A stretch of 64,000 nt of DNA from the NCBI GenBank assembly GCA_951812735.1, contig OX638332.1, forward strand, positions 1,362,508 through 1,426,507. The letters are read 5' to 3'. The DNA comes from Candidatus Dadabacteria bacterium. Lineage in GTDB: Bacteria; Desulfobacterota_D; UBA1144; Nemesobacterales; Nemesobacteraceae. Shown in pieces: positions 32,648 through 43,223 of this stretch; position 1 is the stretch's first letter; the number at the start of each line of letters is the position of its first letter. The translations under genes were made by a program, and so were the position numbers. The notes below the pieces were generated by a model. The model saw only the letters and a program-made list of their open reading frames with translations. It was not told where the DNA came from and ran no database searches.

Positions 32648-34044
32648 ACAAGCTCTCGCAGAAGCAGATTCTGAAGTTTTTTCACTCTTGCTCCCATGCC
32701 GTTTGATATGATGGAAAAAACGTAAACCCTCCCGTTTTTCCCGAAGACGTAACCGGACAGGGACCTGGCTCCCTCAAGATATCCGGTTTTTGCGTAAACT
32801 TTGCCTTTAAGATTGCGAAATCTTTTTTTAAGAGTTCCGTCAACTCCGGCGACCGGTAGGGATGCTATAAACTCCTCGGAAATATCCGGGTCTTCGTAGG
32901 CCTTGGCGAGCGCATGGGTTATATCTTCCGCCGAAACCATGTTCAGTCTTGAAAGACCGGAGCCGTCAGCCATGGAGAAGTTTCCGTTGAGGCCGATTCT
33001 CCTCAGGTGATTCTCAATTATGTAAGTACCGGATTTCCAAGAGCCGGGAGTACTTAGAAACTTGGCGCCGATTACCTTTACTATGCTTTCTCCGATTATG
33101 TTAACGCTTTCCTTGTTGTACTCATGGATAATGGTGCCCAGGGGCTCTGAATAATGGGTGAATATTTTGCCGGTCCACCGGGGCACCCTCCCGCGGTCTA
33201 TGGGCCCGTTTACTTCGATTCCCTCCTCCTCAAGAACTCTCTTGAGTACAGCTCCGAAGTAAAAAAACGGGTCGGGCACTGAAAGTTCCAGGGTTTCGGC
33301 TTTTTTTCGGGAGGAAACGTATCCAGAAATCTTGAGTTCATTTCGTTCGTTGTATTCTGCTCTCACGCCTGACCTCTTTAGCGAGGCGGAAACCTTGCTT
33401 CTAATCGGGAAGGGGAACTCTGCGGGGTCTGTTCTCACTGTCACGGGCGCCCCCTGCACCCTAGAAGCGGAAATCTTTATCTTGGCCGAGTTGTAATTAA
33501 ACGAAATCGCCGTCACGGGAGGACAGAAACTTTTGCCAAACCACTCAGGATCCCATCCTTCTCCATAATGGACATCGTCAAAATACGAACCGTCGAGGTG
33601 AATCCCGCCTTCGATCGCGGTTATCCCGAGGGCCTTAATCCGTCCTGCGATCTCCCGAATTCTCTCGATGTCTATCGTGGGGTCTCCGAACCCTTTTACG
33701 TAAAGACCTCCGTGGCCGACCCCGGAATGTATTCCTCCGCCCAGATAAAAATTCGTTTTGAAACGGAAATTCTTTCCGAGAAGGGAAAGCGCCGCTATGG
33801 AGGAGAGTATTTTGTTGTTGGAAGCGGGGATGAATTCCTTTTTGCTGTTATAGCGGAAAATCGTTCTGCCTGTATCGGCCGAGCGGACCATGATCCCGAT
33901 TTTCCTTTGCGACGAGGTGTTTTTCGAGATGAAGGAGAGGATTTTTTTGTGGTTTACATCAGCATAGGAGGATGTCGCCGGCACAAAGGCGAAGAGTAAA
34001 ACCAGCATACGCAGAATCAAGATCTTTCTTCCGGAATTTGTCAT
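32641..34044 (-). CDS. dacB: D-Ala-D-Ala carboxypeptidase/endopeptidase PBP4
   Basis: PASNNK, GFGDPT, SVN, DGSGLSR, AKTG. Confidence 0.92.
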   Translation of the reverse strand: MTNSGRKILILRMLVLLFAFVPATSSYADVNHKKILSFISKNTSSQRKIGIMVRSADTGRTIFRYNSKKEFIPASNNKILSSIAALSLLGKNFRFKTNFYLGGGIHSGVGHGGLYVKGFGDPTIDIERIREIAGRIKALGITAIEGGIHLDGSYFDDVHYGEGWDPEWFGKSFCPPVTAISFNYNSAKIKISASRVQGAPVTVRTDPAEFPFPIRSKVSASLKRSGVRAEYNERNELKISGYVSSRKKAETLELSVPDPFFYFGAVLKRVLEEEGIEVNGPIDRGRVPRWTGKIFTHYSEPLGTIIHEYNKESVNIIGESIVKVIGAKFLSTPGSWKSGTYIIENHLRRIGLNGNFSMADGSGLSRLNMVSAEDITHALAKAYEDPDISEEFIASLPVAGVDGTLKKRFRNLKGKVYAKTGYLEGARSLSGYVFGKNGRVYVFSIISNGMGARVKKLQNLLLRELVY

Positions 34045-34061
34045 TGCTGTATTCTTCGAGC

Positions 34062-36749
34062 TCAGTGGGCTTCGGCCCAGTTCTCCGCGGCGCGCATCTC
34101 CACTCTGAGCGGCACCCTAAGCTCCCAGGCGTTTTCCATGTCGTTTTTTATATGAGTTCTCAGTTCTTCAAGTTCCGTTTCATGAATCTCGAAAAGAAGT
34201 TCGTCGTGAACCTGAAGAATCATCTTGGAAGAAAATCCCCCTTCTTCAAGTCTTCTGAGTATGCGGATCATGGCCAGATTTATTATATCTGCCGCGGACC
34301 CCTGTATCGGAGTGTTTACAGCTTCCCGCTCACCCCTGTTCCTCTCCACCCTGTTTCTCGACACAAGCTCCGGTATCGGCCTTCTTCTCCCGACAAGAGT
34401 CTCGGTGTATCCTCTGCTTCTCGCTTCTTCAACCGATGACTGCATATAGGTTTTCACTTCCGAATATCTGTCAAAATACCTGTTTATGTAGTTTCTTGAG
34501 ACCGAGACCGTGGTGCCAAGTTGCTTTGAGAGTCCGAAAGCACTTATACCGTATATTATCCCGAAGTTTATGGTCTTGGCGAGATTCCGCATCTCGGAGG
34601 TGATCTGGTCTTCGCGTGCGTTAAAGATTTCGCAGGCCGTGGCGACATGCACGTCCTTGTCGTTTCGGAGTGCCTCAAGCAGGGTCGGGTCCCCCGAGAA
34701 ATGGGCTAGCAGGCGAATTTCTATCTGGGAATAATCGGCTGACAGTATGACGCAGTCGTTTCTCGCCACAAAAGATTTTCTTATTCTTTTGCCATCCTCG
34801 GTTTTTATCGGGATATTCTGAAGATTGGGATCGCTTGAACTCAGTCTTCCGGTTGAAGTGCCGGCGGGATTAAAAGATGTGTGGATCCTTCCCGTGGCCG
34901 GATTGATAAGCCTTGGGAGCTGGTCAATGTAAGTGGATTTCAGTTTGGAGAGAAACCGGTGTCTAAGTATGAGGCGGGGCACCTCGTGGATTGTCGAGAG
35001 ATCTCTCAGCACTTCTGAGTCGGTGGAAAAAGCGCCTTTCGCGGTTTTCTTCCTGGCAGGAAGACGGAGCTTCTCGAAAAGCACTTCGGAGAGTTGCTTC
35101 GTTGAATTTATATTAAACTCTCTTTCTGTTTTTTCGTATATCTCGGCCTCGATGGAACCGAGATCCTTTTCAAATTCCTCCGACATCTCCTCAAGAATTG
35201 CGGTGTCAACGCTCACTCCCGTAAACTCCATGTCGCAGAGAACCGGAAGAAGCCCCAGAACGTTTTCCCTGTAAAGATCCCAGAGACCCTCTTGTCTGAG
35301 AGTCTCGAGAAATTTCCTTGAGAGAAGAAGCGCCACGTCGGAATCTTCGCAGGAATATCTTGTCGCCGTCTCGATATCAACTTCGGCGAAACTCTTTTTG
35401 GACTTTCCCTTTCCCGTAACATCGTCGTAGGAAATCATCCTGTGACCGAGCTCCGTCCTCGAGAGCTCATCAAGCTTGTAGCTTGTCCGGGAGGCGTCCA
35501 GCAGGTGTGCCGCAAGCATCGTGTCAAAGTAAATTCCCCTGAGCGTGACTCCGTGATTTCTAAGCACGAGCATCTCGTATTTTATATTCTGACCTATTTT
35601 TTTTACGTCCTCAGATTCCAAAACGGGTTTAAGCATCGAAAGAGCCGTGTCAATGTTCATCTGTTTTCCGGCTTCCATAATGTCCGTGTGTCCCACCGGA
35701 ACGTAAAAAGCGTGTCCCGGGGAGGAGCAGAGCGAAAAACCTACTATGCGGGCATTCATTGGCAGCTTTGAGTTCGTCTCGAGGTCTATTGAGAGCTCTC
35801 CCGCTTCCTCTATCATGCTTATGATCTGGCCGAGGGATTTTTCCTCGAAAACGGTTTCGTAAGAGTCGTATCCTACCGCTTCGCCGTCGCTTGAAGATGA
35901 AGAGTCTCCGATCTCATCAAGGAGTTTTCCAAACTCAAGTTCTCTGAATATTCCCCGGAGGTCTTCTGCCGCGTATCCTCCGTATCTGAAATCCTCGATT
36001 CCGGTCCCGATCTCGACGTCCGTTTTTATGGTAACGAGTTCTCGGCTCAGGTACGCGTCATCTTTATGTTCCCGGAGTCTCCGGGCGACGCTTGGGCGAA
36101 GCTCGTCGAGATTACCGTATACGCCCTCGAGGTTTCCGTAACTGGATATGAGGGCCGAGGCGGTTTTCTCCCCTACGCCCGCGACTCCCGGCACGTTATC
36201 GACCTTGTCTCCCACAAGGGCGAAGAAATCGATCATCTGTCCGGGTTCGATTCCGTATTTCTGCTGAACTTCCCGCACCCCGGTTACCCGCTCCCTCATT
36301 GTGTCAACCAGCGTCACGTTCTCGGACACCATCTGGCAGAAGTCCTTGTCTCCGGTAATCAGAACGACCTTTGATTCTTCCTGCGCCTTGGCTATAGTTC
36401 CCATGATGTCGTCTGCCTCGTATCCTTCCATTGCAAGCATCGGGATTGAAAACGCCTGTACCAGTTCGAAAATTTTCGGGAACTGAACCTTGAGGTCCTC
36501 GGGAGCCTCGTCCCTGTTGGCCTTGTACTCTGGATATATTTCGTTTCTGAATACCTCTCCCTTGGAGTCAAACACTATCCCCAGGTACCTCGGTTCGTAT
36601 TCCCTGAGAAACTTAAGGAGCATGTTGGCAAATCCGTAGACGGCGTTTGTGGGAAACCCCTCGGAGGTTGAGAGATCGGCTCTTATGCCGTAATACGCCC
36701 TGAATATGTATGAACTGCCGTCGATCAGATAAAGCGGGTGTTGGGACAT
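34062..36749 (-). CDS. polA: DNA polymerase I
   Basis: 5'-3' exonuclease N-terminus, TGRLSSSDPNLQNIP, ADYSQIE, QVHDEL. Confidence 0.98.
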   Translation of the reverse strand: MSQHPLYLIDGSSYIFRAYYGIRADLSTSEGFPTNAVYGFANMLLKFLREYEPRYLGIVFDSKGEVFRNEIYPEYKANRDEAPEDLKVQFPKIFELVQAFSIPMLAMEGYEADDIMGTIAKAQEESKVVLITGDKDFCQMVSENVTLVDTMRERVTGVREVQQKYGIEPGQMIDFFALVGDKVDNVPGVAGVGEKTASALISSYGNLEGVYGNLDELRPSVARRLREHKDDAYLSRELVTIKTDVEIGTGIEDFRYGGYAAEDLRGIFRELEFGKLLDEIGDSSSSSDGEAVGYDSYETVFEEKSLGQIISMIEEAGELSIDLETNSKLPMNARIVGFSLCSSPGHAFYVPVGHTDIMEAGKQMNIDTALSMLKPVLESEDVKKIGQNIKYEMLVLRNHGVTLRGIYFDTMLAAHLLDASRTSYKLDELSRTELGHRMISYDDVTGKGKSKKSFAEVDIETATRYSCEDSDVALLLSRKFLETLRQEGLWDLYRENVLGLLPVLCDMEFTGVSVDTAILEEMSEEFEKDLGSIEAEIYEKTEREFNINSTKQLSEVLFEKLRLPARKKTAKGAFSTDSEVLRDLSTIHEVPRLILRHRFLSKLKSTYIDQLPRLINPATGRIHTSFNPAGTSTGRLSSSDPNLQNIPIKTEDGKRIRKSFVARNDCVILSADYSQIEIRLLAHFSGDPTLLEALRNDKDVHVATACEIFNAREDQITSEMRNLAKTINFGIIYGISAFGLSKQLGTTVSVSRNYINRYFDRYSEVKTYMQSSVEEARSRGYTETLVGRRRPIPELVSRNRVERNRGEREAVNTPIQGSAADIINLAMIRILRRLEEGGFSSKMILQVHDELLFEIHETELEELRTHIKNDMENAWELRVPLRVEMRAAENWAEAH

Positions 36750-36853
36750 GAAGGAAACCGCTTACGCGTTATTCATTAAGTATACCCAACCGCCCTTGCG
36801 GTGGGGAATCCAGTTCGCCGATGCGGTCTTGGCTGCGCCGCGCGGGGAAAACG

Positions 36854-37495
36854 TTACTTCTTTGCGCTGTACACGAACGCGGGAGGAAAATTAGACCACA
36901 CGGTTTTCGACTTGACGACGTTTGAGAATTTGCTTCGCAGGATTGAGCGGAATCTCCTGGCGTTTGGAACCATCATGCTGATTGAGTAACTGAAGGTAAC
37001 CATTTTGCCCCCGGGTCTCAGCACGTCCCAGATAACGTCAAGCAGCCTGTCCTGGGTTCCGTGGTCAAACACCGCCCACGGAAGACTTGAAATAATGCAG
37101 TCACAGGAATCTTTTCCGTGCTGCTCAAGGTACTTTTTCATATTCTCCGCAGAATCCTTGTAGACTGTCGCGGAAGGACATCGGGATTTGGTTGCTTCGC
37201 AGAACTCGGGATTGATCTCTATTGCGAAAAACAGCGTTTCGGGGTTCTTCTTCTCTAAAATTTTCTCGGTAAAGACCCCGGTTCCCGAGCCAAGTTCTAC
37301 CACGGTTCCCATCTCGCCGAGCCGGGCAGTCTGAGTGACGAGTTCCGACAGTTCTTCATTTGAAGGCGTTATTGATCCCGTGTTCTGGGGATACCTTAAG
37401 AACTGCTTTATGTAACCATACGCTCCGAGTTTCAAAGACGCCTCCGATAAAACACAAATTAGGCTAATTATAATATCTAGAGGTGTTTTGTCCAT
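36854..37495 (-). CDS. Class I SAM methyltransferase, phospholipid N-methyltransferase-like (start uncertain)
   Basis: TGSITPS, VELGSGTG, IISSLPW, NFPPAFVY. Confidence 0.8.
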   Translation of the reverse strand: MDKTPLDIIISLICVLSEASLKLGAYGYIKQFLRYPQNTGSITPSNEELSELVTQTARLGEMGTVVELGSGTGVFTEKILEKKNPETLFFAIEINPEFCEATKSRCPSATVYKDSAENMKKYLEQHGKDSCDCIISSLPWAVFDHGTQDRLLDVIWDVLRPGGKMVTFSYSISMMVPNARRFRSILRSKFSNVVKSKTVWSNFPPAFVYSAKK

Positions 37496-37630
37496 CTGCT
37501 TCTCCCGAAAACGCGGACCTTCAGGTTTCTTCGCTTCCCGACCGGGAAAGGATTGTATTCTGTAATTCCGGTATTATATAAACCGTAATCAGCACCCTTG
37601 GATGGTTTGAAACCGGCGGGCAACGCAGCG

Positions 37631-38965
37631 ATGTTTGAAGGAATCTCGAAAAAACTCGGCACCACCCTCAAAAGGATAGGGGGATACGGAAAGCTGAGTG
37701 AAAAGAACATAGAAGACGCGCTTCGAGAGGTGCGCCTGAGCCTTCTTGAAGCCGACGTCAATTTCAGGGTGGTCCGCCAGTTCACAGGGCTTGTCAAGGA
37801 AAGAGCGCTGGGCCGCGAGGTGGAGAGGAGTCTTAATCCGGGACAGCAGTTCATAAAAATAGTCAAGGAGGAGCTTACCGGTATTCTGGGGCAGGAAAAC
37901 GAGCCCCTGAATCTTAACGTTGCGCCTCCTGTGATAATAATGCTGGTCGGGCTCCAGGGTTCGGGAAAAACCACCACGGCGTCGAAGCTTGCAAAATTCC
38001 TTAAGGAGCGCCACGGAAAAACTCCGCTGCTTGTCCCCGCGGACATCTACCGCCCCGCCGCGATAGAGCAGCTCAAGGTGCTTGGAGAAAAAACAGGCGT
38101 GAGCGTCTACGATACCGTGGCCGGGACGAACCCGGTGGACGTGTGCGTGGACGCGGTTTCAGTTTCTGCGAAGCAGGGAGCGGACGTGGTGATCATAGAC
38201 ACTGCGGGACGCCTTCATCTTGACCGCGAGCTTATGGATGAGCTTGGGAGCATAAAGAAGAAGGTAAATCCCCATGAGATCCTTCTAGTCGCCGACTCGA
38301 TGACGGGGCAGGATGCCGTGAACGTTTCTCAGGGCTTTGATGAAGCTATTGATCTCGATGGCGTGGTTCTTACAAAAATGGACGCGGACGCGAGGGGAGG
38401 TGCTGCCCTTTCGATAAAGGCTACCACCGGCAAGCCGATCAAGTTTTTCGGAACCGGGGAAAAAGCCGACGCGCTTGAGGTCTTTCACCCCGAGAGAATA
38501 GCTTCGAGGATCCTCGGCATGGGAGATGTCCTGAGTCTCATAGAGAAAGCGGAGGACGCTTTTGAAGAGGAGAGAACGAAAAAACTCGCCGAAAGAATAT
38601 CCAAGAAACAGTTCTCTCTTGAAGACTACAGGGAATCGATAGTAGCCATGGGCAAACTCGGCTCGATAGAAAGCATAGCGCATATGGTTCCGGGAATGAA
38701 AAAGATCACCGATAACCCCGAAGCGATGGTAAAGGCCGAGGTCGAGATAAAAAAGAGTCTTGCGATAATCAATTCCATGACCTTGCCCGAAAGAAGGAAC
38801 CACGCGATTCTAAACGGCAGTCGCAGGAAGAGAATCGCTAAGGGAAGCGGCACTACGGTACCTGACGTAAACCGCATGATAAAAAACTACATACAGATGC
38901 GAAACATGATGAAAAATATGGGGAAAATGGGTAAACTAGCAAAAAGAATGACGAAGTTCAGATAA
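37631..38965 (+). CDS. ffh: Signal recognition particle protein
   Basis: [25 protein letters not shown] domain. Confidence 0.97.
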   Translation: MFEGISKKLGTTLKRIGGYGKLSEKNIEDALREVRLSLLEADVNFRVVRQFTGLVKERALGREVERSLNPGQQFIKIVKEELTGILGQENEPLNLNVAPPVIIMLVGLQGSGKTTTASKLAKFLKERHGKTPLLVPADIYRPAAIEQLKVLGEKTGVSVYDTVAGTNPVDVCVDAVSVSAKQGADVVIIDTAGRLHLDRELMDELGSIKKKVNPHEILLVADSMTGQDAVNVSQGFDEAIDLDGVVLTKMDADARGGAALSIKATTGKPIKFFGTGEKADALEVFHPERIASRILGMGDVLSLIEKAEDAFEEERTKKLAERISKKQFSLEDYRESIVAMGKLGSIESIAHMVPGMKKITDNPEAMVKAEVEIKKSLAIINSMTLPERRNHAILNGSRRKRIAKGSGTTVPDVNRMIKNYIQMRNMMKNMGKMGKLAKRMTKFR

Positions 38966-39008
38966 CGGAAGCATATCTTTAGCCCCGAATCTAGGAGGTA
39001 GTAGCAGT

Positions 39009-39242
39009 TTGGTTAAGATAAGGTTGAGCAGAATAGGATCAAAGAAAAGGCCGTTTTACAGGATAGTCGCGGCGGATGTGCGTTCCCCGCGCGATGGGAA
39101 ATTTCTCGAAATACTGGGACATTATGATCCGAGAAAAAAACCCCACGAACTGAAGATAGACATTGAAAGAGTGAAAGCATGGATGGATAACGGCGCCAAA
39201 ACAACCAACAGGGTGAGCAAGCTCATATCTCAGGTTGCGTAG
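39009..39242 (+). CDS. rpsP: 30S ribosomal protein S16
   Basis: [16 protein letters not shown]. Confidence 0.97.
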   Translation: MVKIRLSRIGSKKRPFYRIVAADVRSPRDGKFLEILGHYDPRKKPHELKIDIERVKAWMDNGAKTTNRVSKLISQVA

Positions 39243-39304
39243 CATATTTTCTTCCACGCGAAAATTTATACAAAAAATTTTTAGTTTCAGGAGGGATGCT
39301 CCTT

Positions 39305-39544
39305 ATGAGTCAACTCAGAGAGTTTGTCGAGTTCATGGCTAAATCCATTGTCGACAGTCCCGAAGAGGTTCGGGTGACGGAAGTAGCGGGCGAGAAGACT
39401 ACGGTTATTGAACTTAGAGTGGCCTCCGAAGACCTGGGGAAGGTAATTGGAAAGCAGGGAAGAACGGCAAAGGCGATTCGTAGCATACTGAATGCCGCGG
39501 CCGCGAAAATGAAAAAACGCGCCGTTTTGGAGATTCTTGAATAG
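39305..39544 (+). CDS. khpA: KH-domain RNA-binding protein
   Basis: [17 protein letters not shown]; conserved position after rpsP. Confidence 0.9.
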   Translation: MSQLREFVEFMAKSIVDSPEEVRVTEVAGEKTTVIELRVASEDLGKVIGKQGRTAKAIRSILNAAAAKMKKRAVLEILE

Positions 39545-39546
39545 CA

Positions 39547-40080
39547 TTGCCGGAAAGTGCGAAACAAAGTCTTGTCCTCTACGGGAAAATAACGAAAAAA
39601 CACGGCCTTTGTGGTGAAGTGAAAGTGTTTGCCTTCGGCGGACACCCCAAAACCCTCTCCGGAGTAAAAAAAGTCTACGTAGAGATTCCCGACCAGAGAG
39701 AACCTAGAAAATTTATCTTGTCCGGGATAAAGATCCAGAAAAACACCGCAATCCTGAAGTTAGAGGGCATTGATACGCCCGAGGCCGCAGACGGGCTGAA
39801 AAACCTGCACGTGCTGGTAGAAAGAAACGACCTGCAGCCCCCGGAGGAAGACGAATATTACTGGTCTGATCTCATCGGGCTTCGGGTCTGCACCTCCAGC
39901 GGAGAGAATATCGGAGAGGTAAAGGAGCTGATCGATTCGGGCGGACACGATATTCTTGTAATAGAAAGTGCGAGGAGGGAGCGGGAATTCCTGGTTCCGT
40001 TCGTCAGCAGATTCGTGACCGCAGTGGATCTTGACGGTTCGATGATTACTGTGGAAGCGGTAGAGGAGTTCCTCGAATAA
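39547..40080 (+). CDS. rimM: Ribosome maturation factor RimM
   Basis: G.I...HGL.GEV, EYYWSDLIG, LVPFV; operon context. Confidence 0.92.
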   Translation: MPESAKQSLVLYGKITKKHGLCGEVKVFAFGGHPKTLSGVKKVYVEIPDQREPRKFILSGIKIQKNTAILKLEGIDTPEAADGLKNLHVLVERNDLQPPEEDEYYWSDLIGLRVCTSSGENIGEVKELIDSGGHDILVIESARREREFLVPFVSRFVTAVDLDGSMITVEAVEEFLE

Positions 40081-40095
40081 CCTCGTGATGTTGCA

Positions 40096-41394
40096 ATGAA
40101 ATTTGACATAGTGACAATTTTTCCGGGTTTTTTCGAATCCGTTTTCTCGTTCGGAGTGATAAGCAGGGCAGTTGAGAACAAGACGGTGGAGATAAACGTC
40201 CATGACCTGAGAGGCTTTTCAGGTGCGAAGCACGGAAAAACGGATGACACTCCGTACGGAGGGGGAAGCGGAATGCTTATGACCCCGGAGCCGATAGGAA
40301 ACGCCGTCTGCGGTATAAGAGAGAAAGGTCTTCGTTCTGCCGTAATTCTCACTACTCCCAAGGGAGAGGAGTTTGACGACCGCAAGGCGCAGGAACTCTG
40401 CGGGTTTGAGCAGTTGATAATAATCTGCGGTCGGTACGAGGGGGTGGACGACAGGATAAACGAACTTTACGTCGACATGGAGATATCGACGGGGAAGTAC
40501 ATAAATTCCGGGGGAGAATACGCCTGTTCCTTGATAGTGGATGCCGTGTCGAGATATCTACCCGGGGTTCTCGGAAACACAGAGTCTCTTGCATCTGAAT
40601 CTCTTAAGAACGGGCTTTTTGAGTATCCTCAGTACACGAAGCCCCGAACTTACAAGGGGAAGGAGGTTCCCGAGATTCTTCTTTCTGGAGACCACGAAAA
40701 GATAAGGAAATGGAGGAGGCGGGAGAGTATAAAAACCACTTTTATCCAGAATCCCGCTTTTCTTGACGACGCGCAGCTCTCCGAGGAAGAAGATGCCTTT
40801 CTAAAAGAGCTTAAGGTCCGCAATTCCCCGGGTTTTAAAGTTTATATAGCGCTGGTTCATTATCCGGCGTACAACAGCCGCCTCGAAGTTATCCCGACTG
40901 CTTTTAAAAGCATAGACGCGCACGACATATCCAGAGACGCCACTACGTATGGAGTGAGGAAATTCTATATGGTAAATCCCGTGGAGGAGCAGCGCCGCCT
41001 TGCAGGCAAGCTTGTTGATCACTGGATCGAGGGAGAGGGAAAGAATTTTAACGAGACCAAAAGCAGGGCCTTCGGCATTATAAGCATAATGAGCACCATT
41101 GAGGAGGTTGTGGAACAGATAGAGAAAATTGAAGGGAAAAAGCCGAAAATAGTAGCTACCGACGCCCGCTTCTCAGACGACATGACGGGTTACCGGGCGC
41201 TTCGGGAGAAAATATTTAAAAACACGGAACCCTTTCTGATCCTTTTCGGCACGGGGTGGGGACTCACGCATGAAACGGTAAAAGCGGCTGACTATGTGCT
41301 GAAACCCATAAGCGGTTACAGCGAATTCAACCATCTTTCGGTAAGAAGCGCGGCCGCCATAGTGCTTGACAGGCTGCTTTCCTGCGGAACCTGA
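40096..41394 (+). CDS. trmD: tRNA (m1G37) methyltransferase fused to a second SPOUT methyltransferase domain
   Basis: DDTPYGGG, CGRYEGVD, EYPQYTKP; C-terminal YIALVHYP...FGTGWGL...NHLSVRSAAAIVLDRL. Confidence 0.92.
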   Translation: MKFDIVTIFPGFFESVFSFGVISRAVENKTVEINVHDLRGFSGAKHGKTDDTPYGGGSGMLMTPEPIGNAVCGIREKGLRSAVILTTPKGEEFDDRKAQELCGFEQLIIICGRYEGVDDRINELYVDMEISTGKYINSGGEYACSLIVDAVSRYLPGVLGNTESLASESLKNGLFEYPQYTKPRTYKGKEVPEILLSGDHEKIRKWRRRESIKTTFIQNPAFLDDAQLSEEEDAFLKELKVRNSPGFKVYIALVHYPAYNSRLEVIPTAFKSIDAHDISRDATTYGVRKFYMVNPVEEQRRLAGKLVDHWIEGEGKNFNETKSRAFGIISIMSTIEEVVEQIEKIEGKKPKIVATDARFSDDMTGYRALREKIFKNTEPFLILFGTGWGLTHETVKAADYVLKPISGYSEFNHLSVRSAAAIVLDRLLSCGT

Positions 41395-41527
41395 TCCGCT
41401 GAGGCCGGGTGGGGCAGGCGCTTAGAGAACTCTCCGAAGACAGTCGAAAAAAAAGCCCTTTTAATATTTTGACAATGCCCGAGAGGTTCTGTATATTCAA
41501 CATCCCGCGAAAAGGAAGAGTGAAAAA

Positions 41528-41872
41528 ATGGGAATTATAGCAGAAGTCGAAAAAAAGCACCTGAGAACGGACCTGCCGGAATTTCGGGCTGGGGACACGG
41601 TATCGGTCCACTATAATATTAAGGAAGGCGAAAGGAGAAGGATCCAGGTTTTTGAAGGTACCGTGATAGCCAGGAAAGGTTCGGGCTTCAGGGAAACTTT
41701 CACCGTAAGGAAAGTCTCCTATGGTATCGGCGTCGAGAGAATCTTTCCCCTGCATTCTCCTCTTATAGGGAAAATAGAAGTAAAAAGAAAAGGCCGCGTG
41801 AGAAGAGCGAAGCTCTACTACCTAAGAGGTCTTTCAAAGAAAGCCAGCAGGATAAGGGAGAGAACCTCCTAG
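41528..41872 (+). CDS. rplS: 50S ribosomal protein L19
   Basis: [23 protein letters not shown]. Confidence 0.97.
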   Translation: MGIIAEVEKKHLRTDLPEFRAGDTVSVHYNIKEGERRRIQVFEGTVIARKGSGFRETFTVRKVSYGIGVERIFPLHSPLIGKIEVKRKGRVRRAKLYYLRGLSKKASRIRERTS

Positions 41873-42612
41873 TCCCCGGCTGTTCCAGTTCCGTCCGTCC
41901 CGCCATTTTCTGCTTCCCCTATCTTGCCCATTACGTGGGCTATTCTCTGTATTGAGGTGTAAAAGGAAAAGAGGAAGAGAATTATTATTGAGATCTTCAG
42001 AAGATAATCCCTGTTTCCAAGCCCGAAAAGGAAGGTAACTATGTTGCCAAGGAAGTTAAACGCTGAGAGTACTCCGAGGTAAACCATCCTCTCGGTTCTC
42101 TGCATTATTCCTACTTCGCAGTCGATTCCGAGCCCCTCTGCCCTGGCTTTCGTATAGCTGACCATCATAGAACAGCTGACTATCAGGAAAACGATGTAGA
42201 GGAAAAAAGTGTCTCTGAAAAAACTCAGAAGGCCTAGGTAGATGAGAACTTCTGAGTACCTGTCCACGCAGGAGTCAAAGAAAGCTCCCTTGGGTGAATT
42301 GAGTCCCTGGGCTCGCGCAACTCTGCCGTCAAAAATGTCAAAAGTGGAACCAGCCAGCAGCAACACCCCTGCTACGAAGATCATGCCCAGATGGAAAAAG
42401 TAGCCCGCAAGCGCGGAAACCAGAAGAGTGGTTATAGTGAGCACGTTGGGGAGGAACTCCCTGTCTATAAGAAATTCCTCTATGGGGCTCATGAGAAAAA
42501 GCCACCAAGACTTGATCCCGCCCGAGAGAAGCTTTGAGGAGTCCGGTTTTCTCCCGGTCTTCGATCTCTCGTCGGTTTCTTCGGAACTAGGTGAAGGCCA
42601 TTGGTCTTCCAT
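41869..42612 (-). CDS. CDP-alcohol phosphatidyltransferase
   Basis: PN.LT and D..DG..AR...G...D...D signature. Confidence 0.9.
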   Translation of the reverse strand: MEDQWPSPSSEETDERSKTGRKPDSSKLLSGGIKSWWLFLMSPIEEFLIDREFLPNVLTITTLLVSALAGYFFHLGMIFVAGVLLLAGSTFDIFDGRVARAQGLNSPKGAFFDSCVDRYSEVLIYLGLLSFFRDTFFLYIVFLIVSCSMMVSYTKARAEGLGIDCEVGIMQRTERMVYLGVLSAFNFLGNIVTFLFGLGNRDYLLKISIIILFLFSFYTSIQRIAHVMGKIGEAENGGTDGTGTAGD

Positions 42613-42684
42613 GGAAATAAATAATAACCTGTAATCTCCCTTGTAGTCTATTGGGGTAGAAAGTATGAGTCCGTGCTCTGCCGT

Positions 42685-43221
42685 TTAATCGTTAATAGTT
42701 ATGTAGAACTTAAAGTCTCTTTCTTTTTCTTTTATTTCGTTTCCGTATTCCCGCGCCTGTTCCTTGGATTGAAAAGTTCCTATCCTTACCCTGTAGAAAG
42801 TAGTGATTTCAGAAGGCGAGTACTCTGTTATAAAAGCTGGATACCCTCTGTCTTTGTAGAACCTCACTGTCCTGTTGGCGACTTTTTTGCTAAGGAAGGA
42901 ACTGACCTGAATGGTGTATTTGTGGTCGGGATTGATCATCGCCGACAGGTATTGATCACGGGCGGATGTTCCTTTGGGAGAGGTTCCATCCGATACATCG
43001 CCCGGTTTTTCCCCTTCACCGCCTGGAAGTTTCTCTCGCGACACAAACGAAAACAGTTTTTCCAGAAAACCGGGAGATTCTTCCGCCGAGACCGGCTCGT
43101 CCGGGGGTATGAATTTTTTCCCCACCACGACTCCCAGAGAAAACACCATTGTGAAAACAACGAGAAAAACTAGGGAAAAACGCAGTATCCGGGGATCTTT
43201 TTCTTTTTTTTCTTCAGTCAT
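42685..43221 (-). CDS. SPOR-domain membrane protein
   Basis: TM helix; YTIQVSSF...YRVRIG; downstream of argS. Confidence 0.85.
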   Translation of the reverse strand: MTEEKKEKDPRILRFSLVFLVVFTMVFSLGVVVGKKFIPPDEPVSAEESPGFLEKLFSFVSREKLPGGEGEKPGDVSDGTSPKGTSARDQYLSAMINPDHKYTIQVSSFLSKKVANRTVRFYKDRGYPAFITEYSPSEITTFYRVRIGTFQSKEQAREYGNEIKEKERDFKFYITIND

Positions 43222-43223
43222 TT

